A stretch of DNA of 63,430 nucleotides, filler included, from Octopus bimaculoides (Eukaryota), in NCBI RefSeq assembly GCF_001194135.2. It is 5 parts of 5 records of this genome, joined end to end, with 100 filler letters (N's around TTAATTAATTAA, not from the genome) between each part and the next. Parts side by side here need not be neighbours in the genome. Positions count along the whole stretch, not along the records: positions 1 to 15,879 come from NC_068982.1; 4 more parts are not named here. One strand, written 5' to 3'. The notes below the pieces were generated by a model. It ran no database searches, was not told the origin of the DNA, and saw only the letters and a program-made list of their open reading frames with translations. Of the stretch, positions 1 through 10,003 are shown piece after piece; within the stretch, counting starts at the first letter, position 1, and every line of letters starts with the position of its first letter. The translations under genes and the position numbers were made by a program.

Positions 1-16
1 ATATATATATATATAT

Positions 17-165
17 GACGGGCTTCTTTCAGTTTCCGTCTACCAAATCTACTCACAAGGCTTTTGTCGGTCCGAGGCTATAGTAGAAGACAATTGCCCA
101 AGGTACCACGTAGTGGGAGTGAACCCGGAACCATGTGATTCGGAAACGAGCTTCTTACCACACAG
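17..165 (-). mobile_element. CORE-domain tRNA-derived SINE, 5' module (octopus OR-like)
   Basis: Reverse complement reads ...GTTCCGGGTTCACTCCCACTACGTGGTACCTTGGGCAATTGTCTTCTACTATAGCCTCGGACCGACAAAAGCCTTGTGAGTAGATTTGGTAGACGGAAACTGAAAGAAGCCCGTC followed by (TA)n. It has a B-box-like GGTTC and a CORE-like ACCTTGGGCAA, and the module recurs more than 12 times in the window. Confidence 0.85.
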
Positions 166-320
166 TTGAGGGCGTTCGAAGAAGATTGTAATTGTAGCAT
201 CAGCCTTCGTCGTCCATAAGAGCACGCAAACACTCGCGAGTTCCATTCGAGTTTTGCACAAATTAAAGGAAAAGGTCAAAGGTGAATATATTCCAGTCAT
301 GAAGAAGAACCCTAATCAGC

Positions 321-474
321 GAGATTGATGTCTTGCAAAAAGCAGCCCTACTGGGCACAGCGCACATCTTAAGGAAAGTATTATCTGTCTGAGGTTCTTG
401 TTGTGACTCGACAGATGACTAAAGACTCCGGTGCATTTTTACTTACACTGTGTTACGAAGGAATAATAATAATA
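321..474 (+). mobile_element. 5'-truncated RLE-type (R4/Dong-like) non-LTR retrotransposon 3' end
   Basis: Translates EIDVLQKAALLGTAHILRKVLSV* (stop 390-392), the conserved C-terminus of R4/Dong ORFs, followed by an ~70-nt 3' UTR and an (AAT)n tail. Confidence 0.8.
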
Positions 475-621
475 TTCCCCTTTTTCTCTATCACATGACT
501 CTGTAAATGAACAATCTGGTGTGCGTGTTTTAATGGTCTACCAATGTATACCGTACGTTTCTCTGTCCTAGGTGTTAGGAAGACACTCAGCAAGAAATGG
601 AAATAGAATTGAAAGACAATG

Positions 622-666
622 CTAATGATAATGATAATAATAATAATAATAATAATAATGATAATC

Positions 667-728
<62 letters not shown>

Positions 729-732
729 TAAT
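622..732. repeat. (AAT)n microsatellite
   Basis: Directly visible; it generates the spurious poly-Ile ORF. Confidence 0.98.
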
Positions 733-1343
733 GCCCAGATGCAGTACCAGGCAGTGGCTCTCATGGCTTCTGATCTTAATTGATTGGAAGTGTTANNNNN
801 NNNNNTGGCTTCTGATCTTAATTGATTGGAAGTGTTATCATGTACGTTGCTTTGTCTTGGTATAAAAAGATGGGCTACAGCAAATATTCTGCTCAATACC
901 ACAGATTTGCTTGTCAGTTGTTTGACCTTAACCAGTTGAGCATGTCCCTTGGTGGCTGACGATATGTGCATCCCTGATGACGAACAGAAGTAGTGGAAGC
1001 GCATCATTGTAGTAAAGAGTGTTGAGAGGAATTATTTGAGGTTTGAATAATTCCCCTCTGGATACATGGGTGTTTTCTTCAACATCCTTAAACAAACCTT
1101 ATTCAGGGACCTTTTGAGCGGGGTGGGCTACACGACCTGAAGAAAATTCTAACTTGGCCTCACCTGCAAGGTCATGCGCTGTTTATGTTGATATAAGATT
1201 ACCATGTTGCGCACACATGGTTGTGATGCATGTGTCTGGTGTACCCTTATCAGATGGGTAGTCATGATGGGTATACTGTACTGGGTTTCATATATTTGTA
1301 CTCCAGTGTCACTTTGATGGCATGTGCTGCTCTCTCACTCAAT
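733..1343 (+). mobile_element. Non-coding ~610-bp dispersed repeat starting at (AAT)n (unclassified, probably a non-autonomous retroelement)
   Basis: Starts immediately after (AAT)n with GCCCAGATGCAGTACCAGG and ends CTCTCACTCAAT. An inverted partial copy lies at 3635-4021. No coding capacity seen. Strand assignment is tentative. Confidence 0.75.
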
Positions 1344-1789
1344 TATGAAATTTGAATCGTGATTTGGGATCAAGTGAAAATGAAATTATATTCTCTAAAA
1401 CTATAAAAGGAATAACAGAAGAGAGGATGGGGGAAAAGAAAGAAAATTTGGTTGGCAGGTGGAGTCGCATTGGTAGTTATGTGTGGTAAAAAAAGATACA
1501 AAAAACATGCCCCTTCTATTTTGAGTTTGTTCGGAAAGAATTTTGATGTGAAACCGTGTATGAAGACTAATATTGTTATATTTGGGAAGAATTATAATTA
1601 ATGAAGCCTAATTGCTTGATTATTGTAATAAAAGAAAGGATAAAAAGTAAATTTAAAAACGCTGTCAACAAATTCCTACCAAAAGTTACAGAAACATTTT
1701 TTTTCTCTGCTGTTGTTGTTGTTGATTTCACAGTAGCATCTGATACTGTTCATTGCAGTTAATTGTTACAACCAGTTATGACAGGTTAG

Positions 1790-2030
1790 AACAGGATTGA
1801 AGAAATCCTCGTTGATAAAAATGTACGTTGGTTAGGACCCGTAAATAGGGTGGACAACAGCAGATTCTCCAGAGAACTCCTTTAATCCCAACTATGCGAA
1901 GAGTAACAGAAACCATGGAAAACCTGGACTGAGATTCGAAGATACTACAAAAAGGAATTTGAAATGAAAAGGAACTGGTCATAATAAACGGCAAGGTCAA
2001 GAAATGGAGAAAGTTTGTCATGTCAAAGCT
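1790..2030 (+). mobile_element. Degenerate RTE-clade LINE ORF2 fragment (post-RT region)
   Basis: NRIEEILVDKNVRWLGPVNRVDNSRFSRELL*SQLCE, then after a frameshift RNHGKPGLRFEDTTKRNLK*. This matches the RTE motifs LRWLGHVxRM...LLYSQL...GRPxLRFKD. Confidence 0.75.
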
Positions 2031-2168
2031 ATGAATAGTCATAGTTACTACAACTAACTGCAAAAAGAAAATTGATATAAGAAGTTAGAACAGAAAATTA
2101 CTATTTTTAAATCTCACAATGAGAGATATTCAGCAACAGTACTTTGTAGTAAAGATTTTTTGCCAACA

Positions 2169-2496
2169 TAACATGGCAGTCCTGGTTTAGGACGAATGTT
2201 GCTGTAATTTAGCCCCAGAAGACATCGTCTCCAGCTGGCTATACAACACGATCTGTGTCCTTATATTTTTTCGAACAAGGGAATCTAGCACCCCTACTCA
2301 GCTCAAAACAATATCTGCGTATCACTATTTACCCAGAAATCGTGATACACAGATATTGTTTTGAGCTGAGTGGGGGTGCTAGATTCCCTTATTCGAAAAT
2401 ATAAGGACACAGATCGTGTCGTATAGCCAGCTGGAGACGATGTCTCCTGGGGCTAAATTACAGCAACATTAGTCCTAAACCAGGACTGCCATGCTA
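2169..2496. mobile_element. 328-bp fold-back (palindromic) MITE-like element
   Basis: Arms of about 160 bp (2169-2330 and 2337-2496) are near-perfect reverse complements around a 6-nt loop ACCCAG. TA at both outer ends. Confidence 0.9.
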
Positions 2497-2989
2497 GAAC
2501 AGGTTAGAACAGAAGGCAACAGATAACAACAGCAGGTAACAACGAGTTACAGCGAGCAGCAACAGGTTACCACAACAGGTTATAACAGGTAATAATTAGT
2601 ACCAGTAGGTATGCAATTATAATAAACGACAAAGATCTCATACGGATCATCGATATAAAGATATGAAACATGATTTTTTGTGATGCTTAATAGTAATAAG
2701 AACCACACACGAACGTTACAAAACTATCTGAGTGAGGGTCAAGTAGTGGCTCCATTGATGGTCATCATTTATACAAATGGTCAATCGAAAAATGATAATT
2801 CCAAACGGCTTATCTCAATCAATGATTTTTGTATATTACATAACAATGGAGGAGATTTCTGCAACATCGAAACAACTATGAATATCAAAGGTTTTACAAT
2901 ATAGACAATCATTTAATTGCTAAAATTGCTATCTAGCACGTTGGGGGCCTTTGGCAGAGTTCATTCTGTTGCAAGCATTGGGGGCAGGT

Positions 2990-3215
2990 GCCTGCTAAGC
3001 ATTTTATCCAGCGCGATAGCGATTCTTCCCGCACCCCGCCTTTCTGTTCTACTCTAAGCACAAGGTCCGATGCAACTGGTACTTGATTCATCGACCTCGA
3101 AAGGATGAAAGGCAAAGTCGACCGCGGCGGAATTTGAACTCAGAACATAAAGACAGTCGAAATACCGCTAAGTATTTCGTCCAGCGTGCTAACGATTCTG
3201 CCAGCTCGCCGCCTT
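2990..3215 (-). mobile_element. Meta-domain-like tRNA SINE (plus remnant head of a second copy)
   Basis: Reverse complement: AAGGCGGCGAGCTGGCAGAATCGTTAGCACGCTGGACGAAATACTTAGCGG...GAGTTCAAATTCCGCCGCGGTCGACTTTGCCTTTCATCCTTTCGAGGTCGATGAATCAAGTACCAG. Confidence 0.85.
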
Positions 3216-3510
3216 TATGACATGGCATATATTACCATATAAATTTATCTTAACTGTTTAATCAAACAGACAACGGGAACACTCATGGCCCCTTTCATGG
3301 TTCAAGAGACTGGTAGAGAGGAAGGCAGGGAGGAATTCATCTTTAATCTGGAGACCTGGCTCGAATCCTTGCATCACAATATCTTCTGTAAAAGACACCC
3401 AGAGACGAAGTGTGACGTGTTAAACCAACAAGTTTCTCACTTAAGAAGCGAAAAGATCCCTCCTATGGACAGGTTTCCATACAGTTTCCATCTATCGAAT
3501 TTTACATGCA

Positions 3511-3625
3511 AGTCGTAGGTGTGGATTGTTTGTAAGAAGCTTGCTTTCCTATCATATGGTTCCGGGTTCAGTCCCACTGCATGGCACTTTGGGCAAATGT
3601 CTTTTACTATAGCCCCGAGCTACCT
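3511..3625 (+). mobile_element. CORE-SINE 5' module, truncated
   Basis: GGTTCCGGGTTCAGTCCCACTGCATGGCACTTTGGGCAAATGTCTTTTACTATAGCC. Confidence 0.8.
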
Positions 3626-3634
3626 GAAGACATA

Positions 3635-4021
3635 GTGATCTCATATCAAGATAAACAGCACATGACCTTGCAGGTGGGGCCCAGTTAGAATTTTCTTCGG
3701 GTCGAGTAGCCCATCCGGCTCAAAAGGTCCCTGAATAAGGTTTGTTTAAGGATGTTGAGCAAAACACCCATGTTTCCAAAGGTGAATTATTCAAACCCCA
3801 AAGAATTCTTCTCAACACATGGCTGTGATGCTCCCCAACTACTTCTGCTTATGATCAGAGATGCACATATCGTCAGCTACTAAGGGACATGCTCAACTGG
3901 TTAAGGTCAAACAACTGACAAGCAAATCTGTGGTATTGATCAGAATATTTGCTGTAGCCTATCTTTTTTATTCCAAGACAAAACAATGTACATGATAATA
4001 CTTCCAATCAGTTAAGATCAG
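3635..4021 (-). mobile_element. Partial inverted copy of the 733-1343 repeat
   Basis: Reverse complement aligns by eye to about 810-1200 (e.g. GTCAGTTGTTTGACCTTAACCAGTTGAGCATGTCCCTT). Confidence 0.9.
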
Positions 4022-4027
4022 CTATTA

Positions 4028-4080
<53 letters not shown>

Positions 4081-4102
4081 GTTGTTGTTGGTGTTATTGT
4101 TG

Positions 4103-4163
<61 letters not shown>

Positions 4164-4316
4164 CATCATCATCATCATCATCATTATCATCATCATCATC
4201 ATCATCATTAGGTGATGGTGAGTTTGCAGAATCGTTAGCATGCCGGATAAAACGCTTAGTGTCATTTCGTCTGTTGTTACGTCCAGGGGTCAAATTCCGC
4301 CGAGGTCGACTTTGCC

Positions 4317-4412
<96 letters not shown>
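4022..4412. repeat. Compound (ATT)/(GTT)/(ATC) microsatellites enclosing a truncated Meta-like SINE at 4211-4318 (+)
   Basis: Directly visible. The SINE stops at GTCGACTTTGCCTT and runs into (GTT)n. Confidence 0.9.
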
Positions 4413-5150
4413 TGTCTTTGCACAGCTTCTAACACTGGAGATGTACTCTGGTGTCAGCTGTTCACTATAAGTGAACTAAGGTAACACCCCTTATTTTTCG
4501 AGCACCTTTCGGAGTATTCGAGCGGTTCCAAGCANNNNNNNNNNNNNNNNNNNNNNNNNNNNNNNNNNNNNNNNNNNNNNNNNNNNNNNNNNNNNNNNNN
4601 NNNNNNNNNNNNNNNNNNNNNNNNNNNNNNNNNNNNNNNNNNNNNNNNNNNNNNNNNNNNNNNNNNNNNNNNNNNNNNNNNNNNNNNNNNNNNNNNNNNN
4701 NNNNNNNNNNNNNNNNNNNNNNNNNNNNNNNNNNNNNNNNNNNNNNNNNNNNNNNNNNNNNNNNNNNNNNNNNNNNNNNNNNNNNNNNNNNNNNNNNNNN
4801 NNNNNNNNNNNNNNNNNNNNNNNNNNNNNNNNNNNNNNNNNNNNNNNNNNNNNNNNNNNNNNNNNNNNNNNNNNNNNNNNNNNNNNNNNNNNNNNNNNNN
4901 NNNNNNNNNNNNNNNNNNNNNNNNNNNNNNNNNNNNNNNNNNNNNNNNNNNNNNNNNNNNNNNNAATAAGTTCATCAATCTGTCTAATTGTGTGATTATA
5001 TTTTAAATGAAACCAACAGAAATGTGTTATTTAATTATTCTATATTTTACACATAAAATCGAAAACAAATGAAAATCGTGTGAAAATGTCTGCCGCAGAT
5101 GCAGCACCTTCTTTCATTTAGGCATCATTCTTGAAAACTTATCAACAATA

Positions 5151-5550
5151 GGCGTAGGAGTGGGTGTGTGGTAAGTAGCTTACTTACCAACCACATGGTT
5201 CCGAGTTCAGTCCCACTGCGTGGCACCTTGGCCAAGTATCTTCTACTATAGTCTCGGGCCGACCAAAGCCTTGTGAGAGGAGTTGGTAGACGGAAACTGA
5301 AAGAAACCCGTCGTATATATGTATACATATGTATATATGTATGCGTGTGTATATGTTGTGCATCAGTGTTTGACAACCGATGCTGGTGTGTTTAGGTCCC
5401 CGTAACCTAGCCGTTCGGCAAAAGAGACCGATAGAATAAGTACTAGGCTTACAAAGAATAAGTCCTGGGGTCGATTTGATTCGACTAAAGGTGGTGATCC
5501 AGCATGGCCGCAGTCAAATGACTGAAACAAGTAAAAGAGTAAAAGAGTAA
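5151..5550 (+). mobile_element. Full-length bipartite CORE-SINE (tRNA head + CORE + microsatellite hinge + 3' module)
   Basis: Starts GGCGTAGGAGTGGGTGTGTGGTAAGTAGC. TA/TG hinge at about 5315-5360. The 3' module TTGACAACCGATGCTGGTG...GTCAAATGACTGAAACAAG ends (TAAAAGAG)2. Confidence 0.9.
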
Positions 5551-6506
5551 CTACGTAGTCATCTGTCTTTGAACGGGAGTAATGTTTAGGCGGACAGGGA
5601 GTTCCATCTCTGACGTCATATTCTCACCGAAAGGAAAATAAGCATCTAATCTCTATTTTCACAAATCTGTATCTCGGTTTCAAATTCTTTCCCCTTTCCC
5701 CCCTCCCCCAAACAGTTTATTTTTCTTGCTGTTTCCTCTGTAACATTGGTTTTAAATAAAATCTATGAGTTTTTCACGGCAATCTTAATTATTCACACAA
5801 ATATACATACATACATACATACATACATACGAGCACATTTATATACATACAAACACATATACACACACTCGCACGCGCGCGCGCACACACACACACACGC
5901 CGATAGTTTTTGGGGAACAGCTTAACTCGAAGTAGACAAAGCTNNNNNNNNNNNNNNNNNNNNNNNNNNNNNNNNNNNNNNNNNNNNNNNNNNNNNNNNN
6001 NNNNNNNNNNNNNNNNNNNNNNNNNNNNNNNNNNNNNNNNNNNNNNNNNNNNNNNNNNNNNNNNNNNNNNNNNNNNNNNNNNNNNNNNNNNNNNNNNNNN
6101 NNNNNNNNNNNNNNNNNNNNNNNNNNNNNNNNNNNNNNNNNNNNNNNNNNNNNNNNNNNNNNNNNNNNNNNNNNNNNNNNNNNNNNNNNNNNNNNNNNNN
6201 NNNNNNNNNNNNNNNNNNNNNNNNNNNNNNNNNNNNNNNNNNNNNNNNNNNNNNNNNNNNNNNNNNNNNNNNNNNNNNNNNNNNNNNNNNNNNNNNNNNN
6301 NNNNGGTTAAAATAATAAAGATAGAATTAGCACAGATCTAAACGATGCAATAGTTTAAGCTAGAAGATTATAGACTAAAAACGTTTATTTAAAAGAAGTC
6401 TAGTGAAAATATTGCGTAAAGAAAAGGAATAGAATAAATAGATATAAAAATAGATATAACAAAATAGATATAATAAATAGATATAAAAATTAAACAATTT
6501 AGAAAT

Positions 6507-6617
6507 ATGGATGGAATTATAGTACAATCAGATAAAACTAGGAACCTATATAAACTAGATGTAAAATTATATGATTACCTATTAGAGAAAGAAATTAATA
6601 AAATATATAAAATATAA
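6507..6617 (+). mobile_element. Probable Penelope-like element RT N-terminal fragment (DKT motif)
   Basis: MDGIIVQSDKTRNLYKLDVKLYDYLLEKEINKIYKI* resembles the PLE pattern ADKTxNxYxLxxxxYxxLLxxxIxKxYK. Confidence 0.5.
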
Positions 6618-6619
6618 AT

Positions 6620-6982
6620 TTCGCTTGCGAAATCCATTCATAGGGCTTTCGTCGGCACGAGGCTAGAGTAGATGTCCAATATGACATATACTGGAAGGCG
6701 ACGAGCTGGCAGAGTGGTTAGCACGCCGGGCGAAATGTTTAGCGGTATTTTGTCTGTCTTTAAGTTCTGAGTTCAAATTCCACCGAGGTCGACTTTACCT
6801 TTCATCCTTTCGGGGTCAATAAATTAAATACCAGTTGCGTACTGGGATCGATCTAATCGACTTAATCTCCTCCCAAAAACTTCGGGCCTTGTGCCTAGAG
6901 TAGAAAACAATATGACATATACTGGGATTGAAACCGGGATTCTGTATTTGGGAAGCAAGGTACTTACCGCACAGCCACGCCT
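6620..6982 (-). mobile_element. Old CORE-SINE interrupted by a Meta-like SINE
   Basis: Two halves (6620-6694 and 6908-6982) join into one diverged CORE-SINE once the insert and one TSD copy are removed. Confidence 0.8.
6695..6907 (+). mobile_element. Meta-like SINE (tail type B) with 18-bp TSD
   Basis: CAATATGACATATACTGG is present at 6677-6694 and 6908-6925. Confidence 0.92.
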
Positions 6983-8239
6983 CATAACAATAGTAACTTA
7001 ACAACATTAAAACCCTTAGAATTCTTAAAGTAAGGAATAACAAAAGAGAAGAATGAAAGGTGGAGCGGGTACAAATTAAAAGGTATTTCTTGAGCAGGTG
7101 AGATTTTACGGCTAATTGTGTTAGAAAGCAAAATGCACGAATAATTGAAACCGGAATTTGTTGATTGCAATTTTTAATATGAATTTATCGACAGAATTCT
7201 TTTATTGTTCGTTTACCGTTTTTTTTTGTTTTGTTTTTTTTTGTTTTGTTTTTTTGTTAATGTCAATAAACCAATGGACAACAAAAGGAAAAACAAAGAT
7301 CTCTTTTAAATGAACTTTTAACAAATACATTTTAGAAACCGAGATAATTAATGAGAAAAGAAAACAAACTAAGAAACACCTCAAAGACAANNNNNNNNNN
7401 NNNNNNNNNNNNNNNNNNNNNNNNNNNNNNNNNNNNNNNNNNNNNNNNNNNNNNNNNNNNNNNNNNNNNNNNNNNNNNNNNNNNNNNNNNNNNNNNNNNN
7501 NNNNNNNNNNNNNNNNNNNNNNNNNNNNNNNNNNNNNNNNNNNNNNNNNNNNNNNNNNNNNNNNNNNNNNNNNNNNNNNNNNNNNNNNNNNNNNNNNNNN
7601 NNNNNNNNNNNNNNNNNNNNNNNNNNNNNNNNNNNNNNNNNNNNNNNNNNNNNNNNNNNNNNNNNNNNNNNNNNNNNNNNNNNNNNNNNNNNNNNNNNNN
7701 NNNNNNNNNNNNNNNNNNNNNNNNNNNNNNNNNNNNNNNNNNNNNNNNNNNNNNNNNNNNNNNNNNNNNNNNNNNNNNNNNNNNNNNNNNNNNNNNNNNN
7801 NNNNNNNNNNNNNNNNNNNNNNNNNNNNNNNNNNNNNNNNNNNNNNNNNNNNNNNNNNNNNNNNNNNNNNNNNNNNNNNNNNNNNNNNNNNNNNNNNNNN
7901 NNNNNNNNNNNNNNNNNNNNNNNNNNNNNNNNNNNNNNNNNNNNNNNNNNNNNNNNNNNNNNNNNNNNNNNNNNNNNNNNNNNNNNNNNNNNNNNNNNNN
8001 NNNNNNNNNNNNNNNNNNNNNNNNNNNNNNNNNNNNNNNNNNNNNNNNNNNNNNNNNNNNNNNNNNNNNNNNNNNNNNNNNNNNNNNNNNNNNNNNNNNN
8101 NNTCTCGCAGAATGCACCTTTATAGTCTTAGAAATAGAAACAGATATTAGACAAAACTTAGATAAACCTTAGATATGTTTCGACCAAAGATTGGTCCAGG
8201 GCATGTCTAACTTAATAGCACCACCTGATAGGATTATCT

Positions 8240-8645
8240 AAATCCTTTTAAAGTCAAGTTTTGTGGTATCATGGTCCATTCAAACAGTGAGTTCTTGTTG
8301 AGTGAGTTGTATCCAAGTATAGGTGGCTTATCTGGTATTCCTTGAAGAAATTTGTCCATATTCCGTTTAAAGGTGATGGGATCCTTTTCCTCTTTTATCT
8401 GTTTCTGGAGAATGTTAAATAGGGCAGGGCCTGTTGAGGAAAAGGAATTATGCTGCAGTGTATTTATGTGTTGTGATCTTGAATTGGAGAGGGAACGTAT
8501 GACCCGTGGTCCTAACCTTGGATAAATTTTGAAGCTAATGTTGAGGTCGTTTGGGCAGTGCTGGCGGCGTTTTCTCCACATCGTGCAAATGATGTATCGC
8601 TCGTGGTGGCGCTGGAAAGAGTAGAGTTTGAATGCTTTAAGGCTA
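8240..8645 (-). mobile_element. CR1-group LINE ORF2 C-terminal fragment
   Basis: LKAFKLYSFQRHHERYIICTMWRK...SFSSTGPALFNILQKQIKEEKDPITFKRNMDKFLQGIPDKP matches the CR1 C-terminus (LYSLQRRRERY...GPxLFNxLP...FKxxLDxFLxxIPDxP). Confidence 0.85.
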
Positions 8646-8873
8646 TAAGATAATATTATACTTTGGTGAATGTTAATAAAAAAAAAGCTGGATGGTCACT
8701 ACTAGAATGTCTAAAATTAAATACAGAACCAGAGCTGATATTTAACTTAAAACAGGAAGAGCCAATACTACGGATGTCACAACAGCAAGCGGTTGGTTTT
8801 ATGACTTGGTAACATCTTCCATACTTTTGTTAATCGTTTAAAATAATTTTGTCGTTGATGTCGGTCACAGATA

Positions 8874-9164
8874 CAGAGGTTCTCAAACTTTTGGGGTCAT
8901 GGCCACATAATACCCTCAGGCTCCCCCTATTTTATGCATAAATCAATATTTTATATTTTACTAACTTATATATATGCTATAAATCATTTGATATTTAATA
9001 TATTATATATTTTGTATACAATACTATAATAATATTATAATAAATTCATAGCGTCCCCCAATCCACTGCCTTCCTCCCAACGCCTCCTTTTTCTCTACTG
9101 CCTCCATCCGCTTAGGCACCAGCGCCCACCTGAACCGTCTCAACTCCCACTTTGAGAACCTATG
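8874..9164. mobile_element. hAT-like (Charlie-type) MITE
   Basis: Termini CAGAGGTTCTCAAACT and ACTTTGAGAACCTATG resemble CAGGGGTTCTCAAAC-type hAT TIRs. The 8-bp TSD is no longer recognisable. Confidence 0.6.
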
Positions 9165-9224
9165 GTCTGAAGGGTCCTCTCCCCCTCGACCTCGCGAAAC
9201 ATTCAAGATGTGACAGTTGGAGAG

Positions 9225-9830
9225 AGAGAGTCGGAGCACACGTAAACGTTGCGATAACGCACTCTCAGTCTGACCAACTTACATCTCTTCACAATTCGGG
9301 CATTTGACGCAGTAAATTGAATTTCTGCTTTTAAAGTTCATGTTTACATTTGCAAATATTCTTCAGGTTCTTGCGTTCATATACTGACGTCCTTCTGATT
9401 TCTCTGTGGACACGATTTGATTAAGAAGTGCCTTATAGTACATTCCTATTACAAACATACGCTGATTAGTTTATCAATAATTAATTAATTTGGAAATGAT
9501 CCTTCTGTTTACATTATAAAGATGTGATTGTTATTTCTGCATTTAGATATAAAGTAAAAGGCGGCCTTTTCCTTAGAACCATAGCTCAATCCGTGATTAT
9601 ATCCTTTAATCCATTACTCTGAGCAATGATCGGCAAGTTTGCTTTGGCAATGCTAAAGATAATCTGGTGATACGGATTGTGTATCACAATAAATGGTATG
9701 ACCTGTTCTTGTTTTCCTCTTTCTTGAGTTGCCTAAATTTACTGTATGGGTATTTCTATATCACGTTGTATACCATTTTCTATAAGTAGAGACGGTTATT
9801 TTTGTTTGAGTAGAAATTCTTTGAGTTGTC
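9225..9830 (-). mobile_element. Penelope-like element fragment: post-RT linker and GIY-YIG endonuclease start
   Basis: The minus strand near 9236-9345 reads MNFKSRNSIYCVKCPNCEEM*VGQTESALSQRLRV, the PLE GIY-YIG pattern NxIYxxxCxxCxxxYxGQT...LxxR. Upstream LKEFLLKQ and VIPFIVIHNP motifs occur across frameshifts. Confidence 0.75.
9385..9538 (+). repeat. 154-bp direct repeat, copy 1 (copy 2 at 11218-11371)
   Basis: TGACGTCCTTCTGATTTCTCTG...GATGTGA(T/C)TGTTATTTCT; about 4 substitutions between copies by eye. Confidence 0.95.
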
Positions 9831-9961
9831 AGGCGTGGAACACGACTGTCACTGATATTACATAAGCCTGATGATTGCGCAACGCATCAAAGAACTAGTT
9901 TTATCACAAGAAATATATAATATTCTATATTCTATAATAAATTATAATATATAATATTATA

Positions 9962-10003
<42 letters not shown>

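Noticed and set aside
733-830. Possible HDV-like ribozyme at the 5' end of the (AAT)n-anchored element, as found in R2/R4 5' UTRs
   Set aside because: By eye I could not place P1, P1.1, P3 and J4/2 consistently; it needs a covariance-model search.
764-837. 32-bp tandem duplication TGGCTTCTGATCTTAATTGATTGGAAGTGTTA
   Set aside because: The copies sit either side of a 10-N gap, so this is most likely an unmerged contig overlap.
4008-4470. Overlapping poly-I, poly-L, poly-N and poly-Y ORFs (and similar HT, CV, YI, SIYL ORFs throughout)
   Set aside because: Translations of microsatellites.
5151-5225. tRNA-like heads of the SINEs
   Set aside because: A/B-box-like motifs are present but there is no complete cloverleaf; they are SINE heads, not tRNA genes.
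7332-8172. Long ORFs of 150-390 aa in the track (also 32374-33456, 34984-36150, 46080-47163, 52350-53338, 61656-62850)
   Set aside because: They are open only because they run through N gaps.
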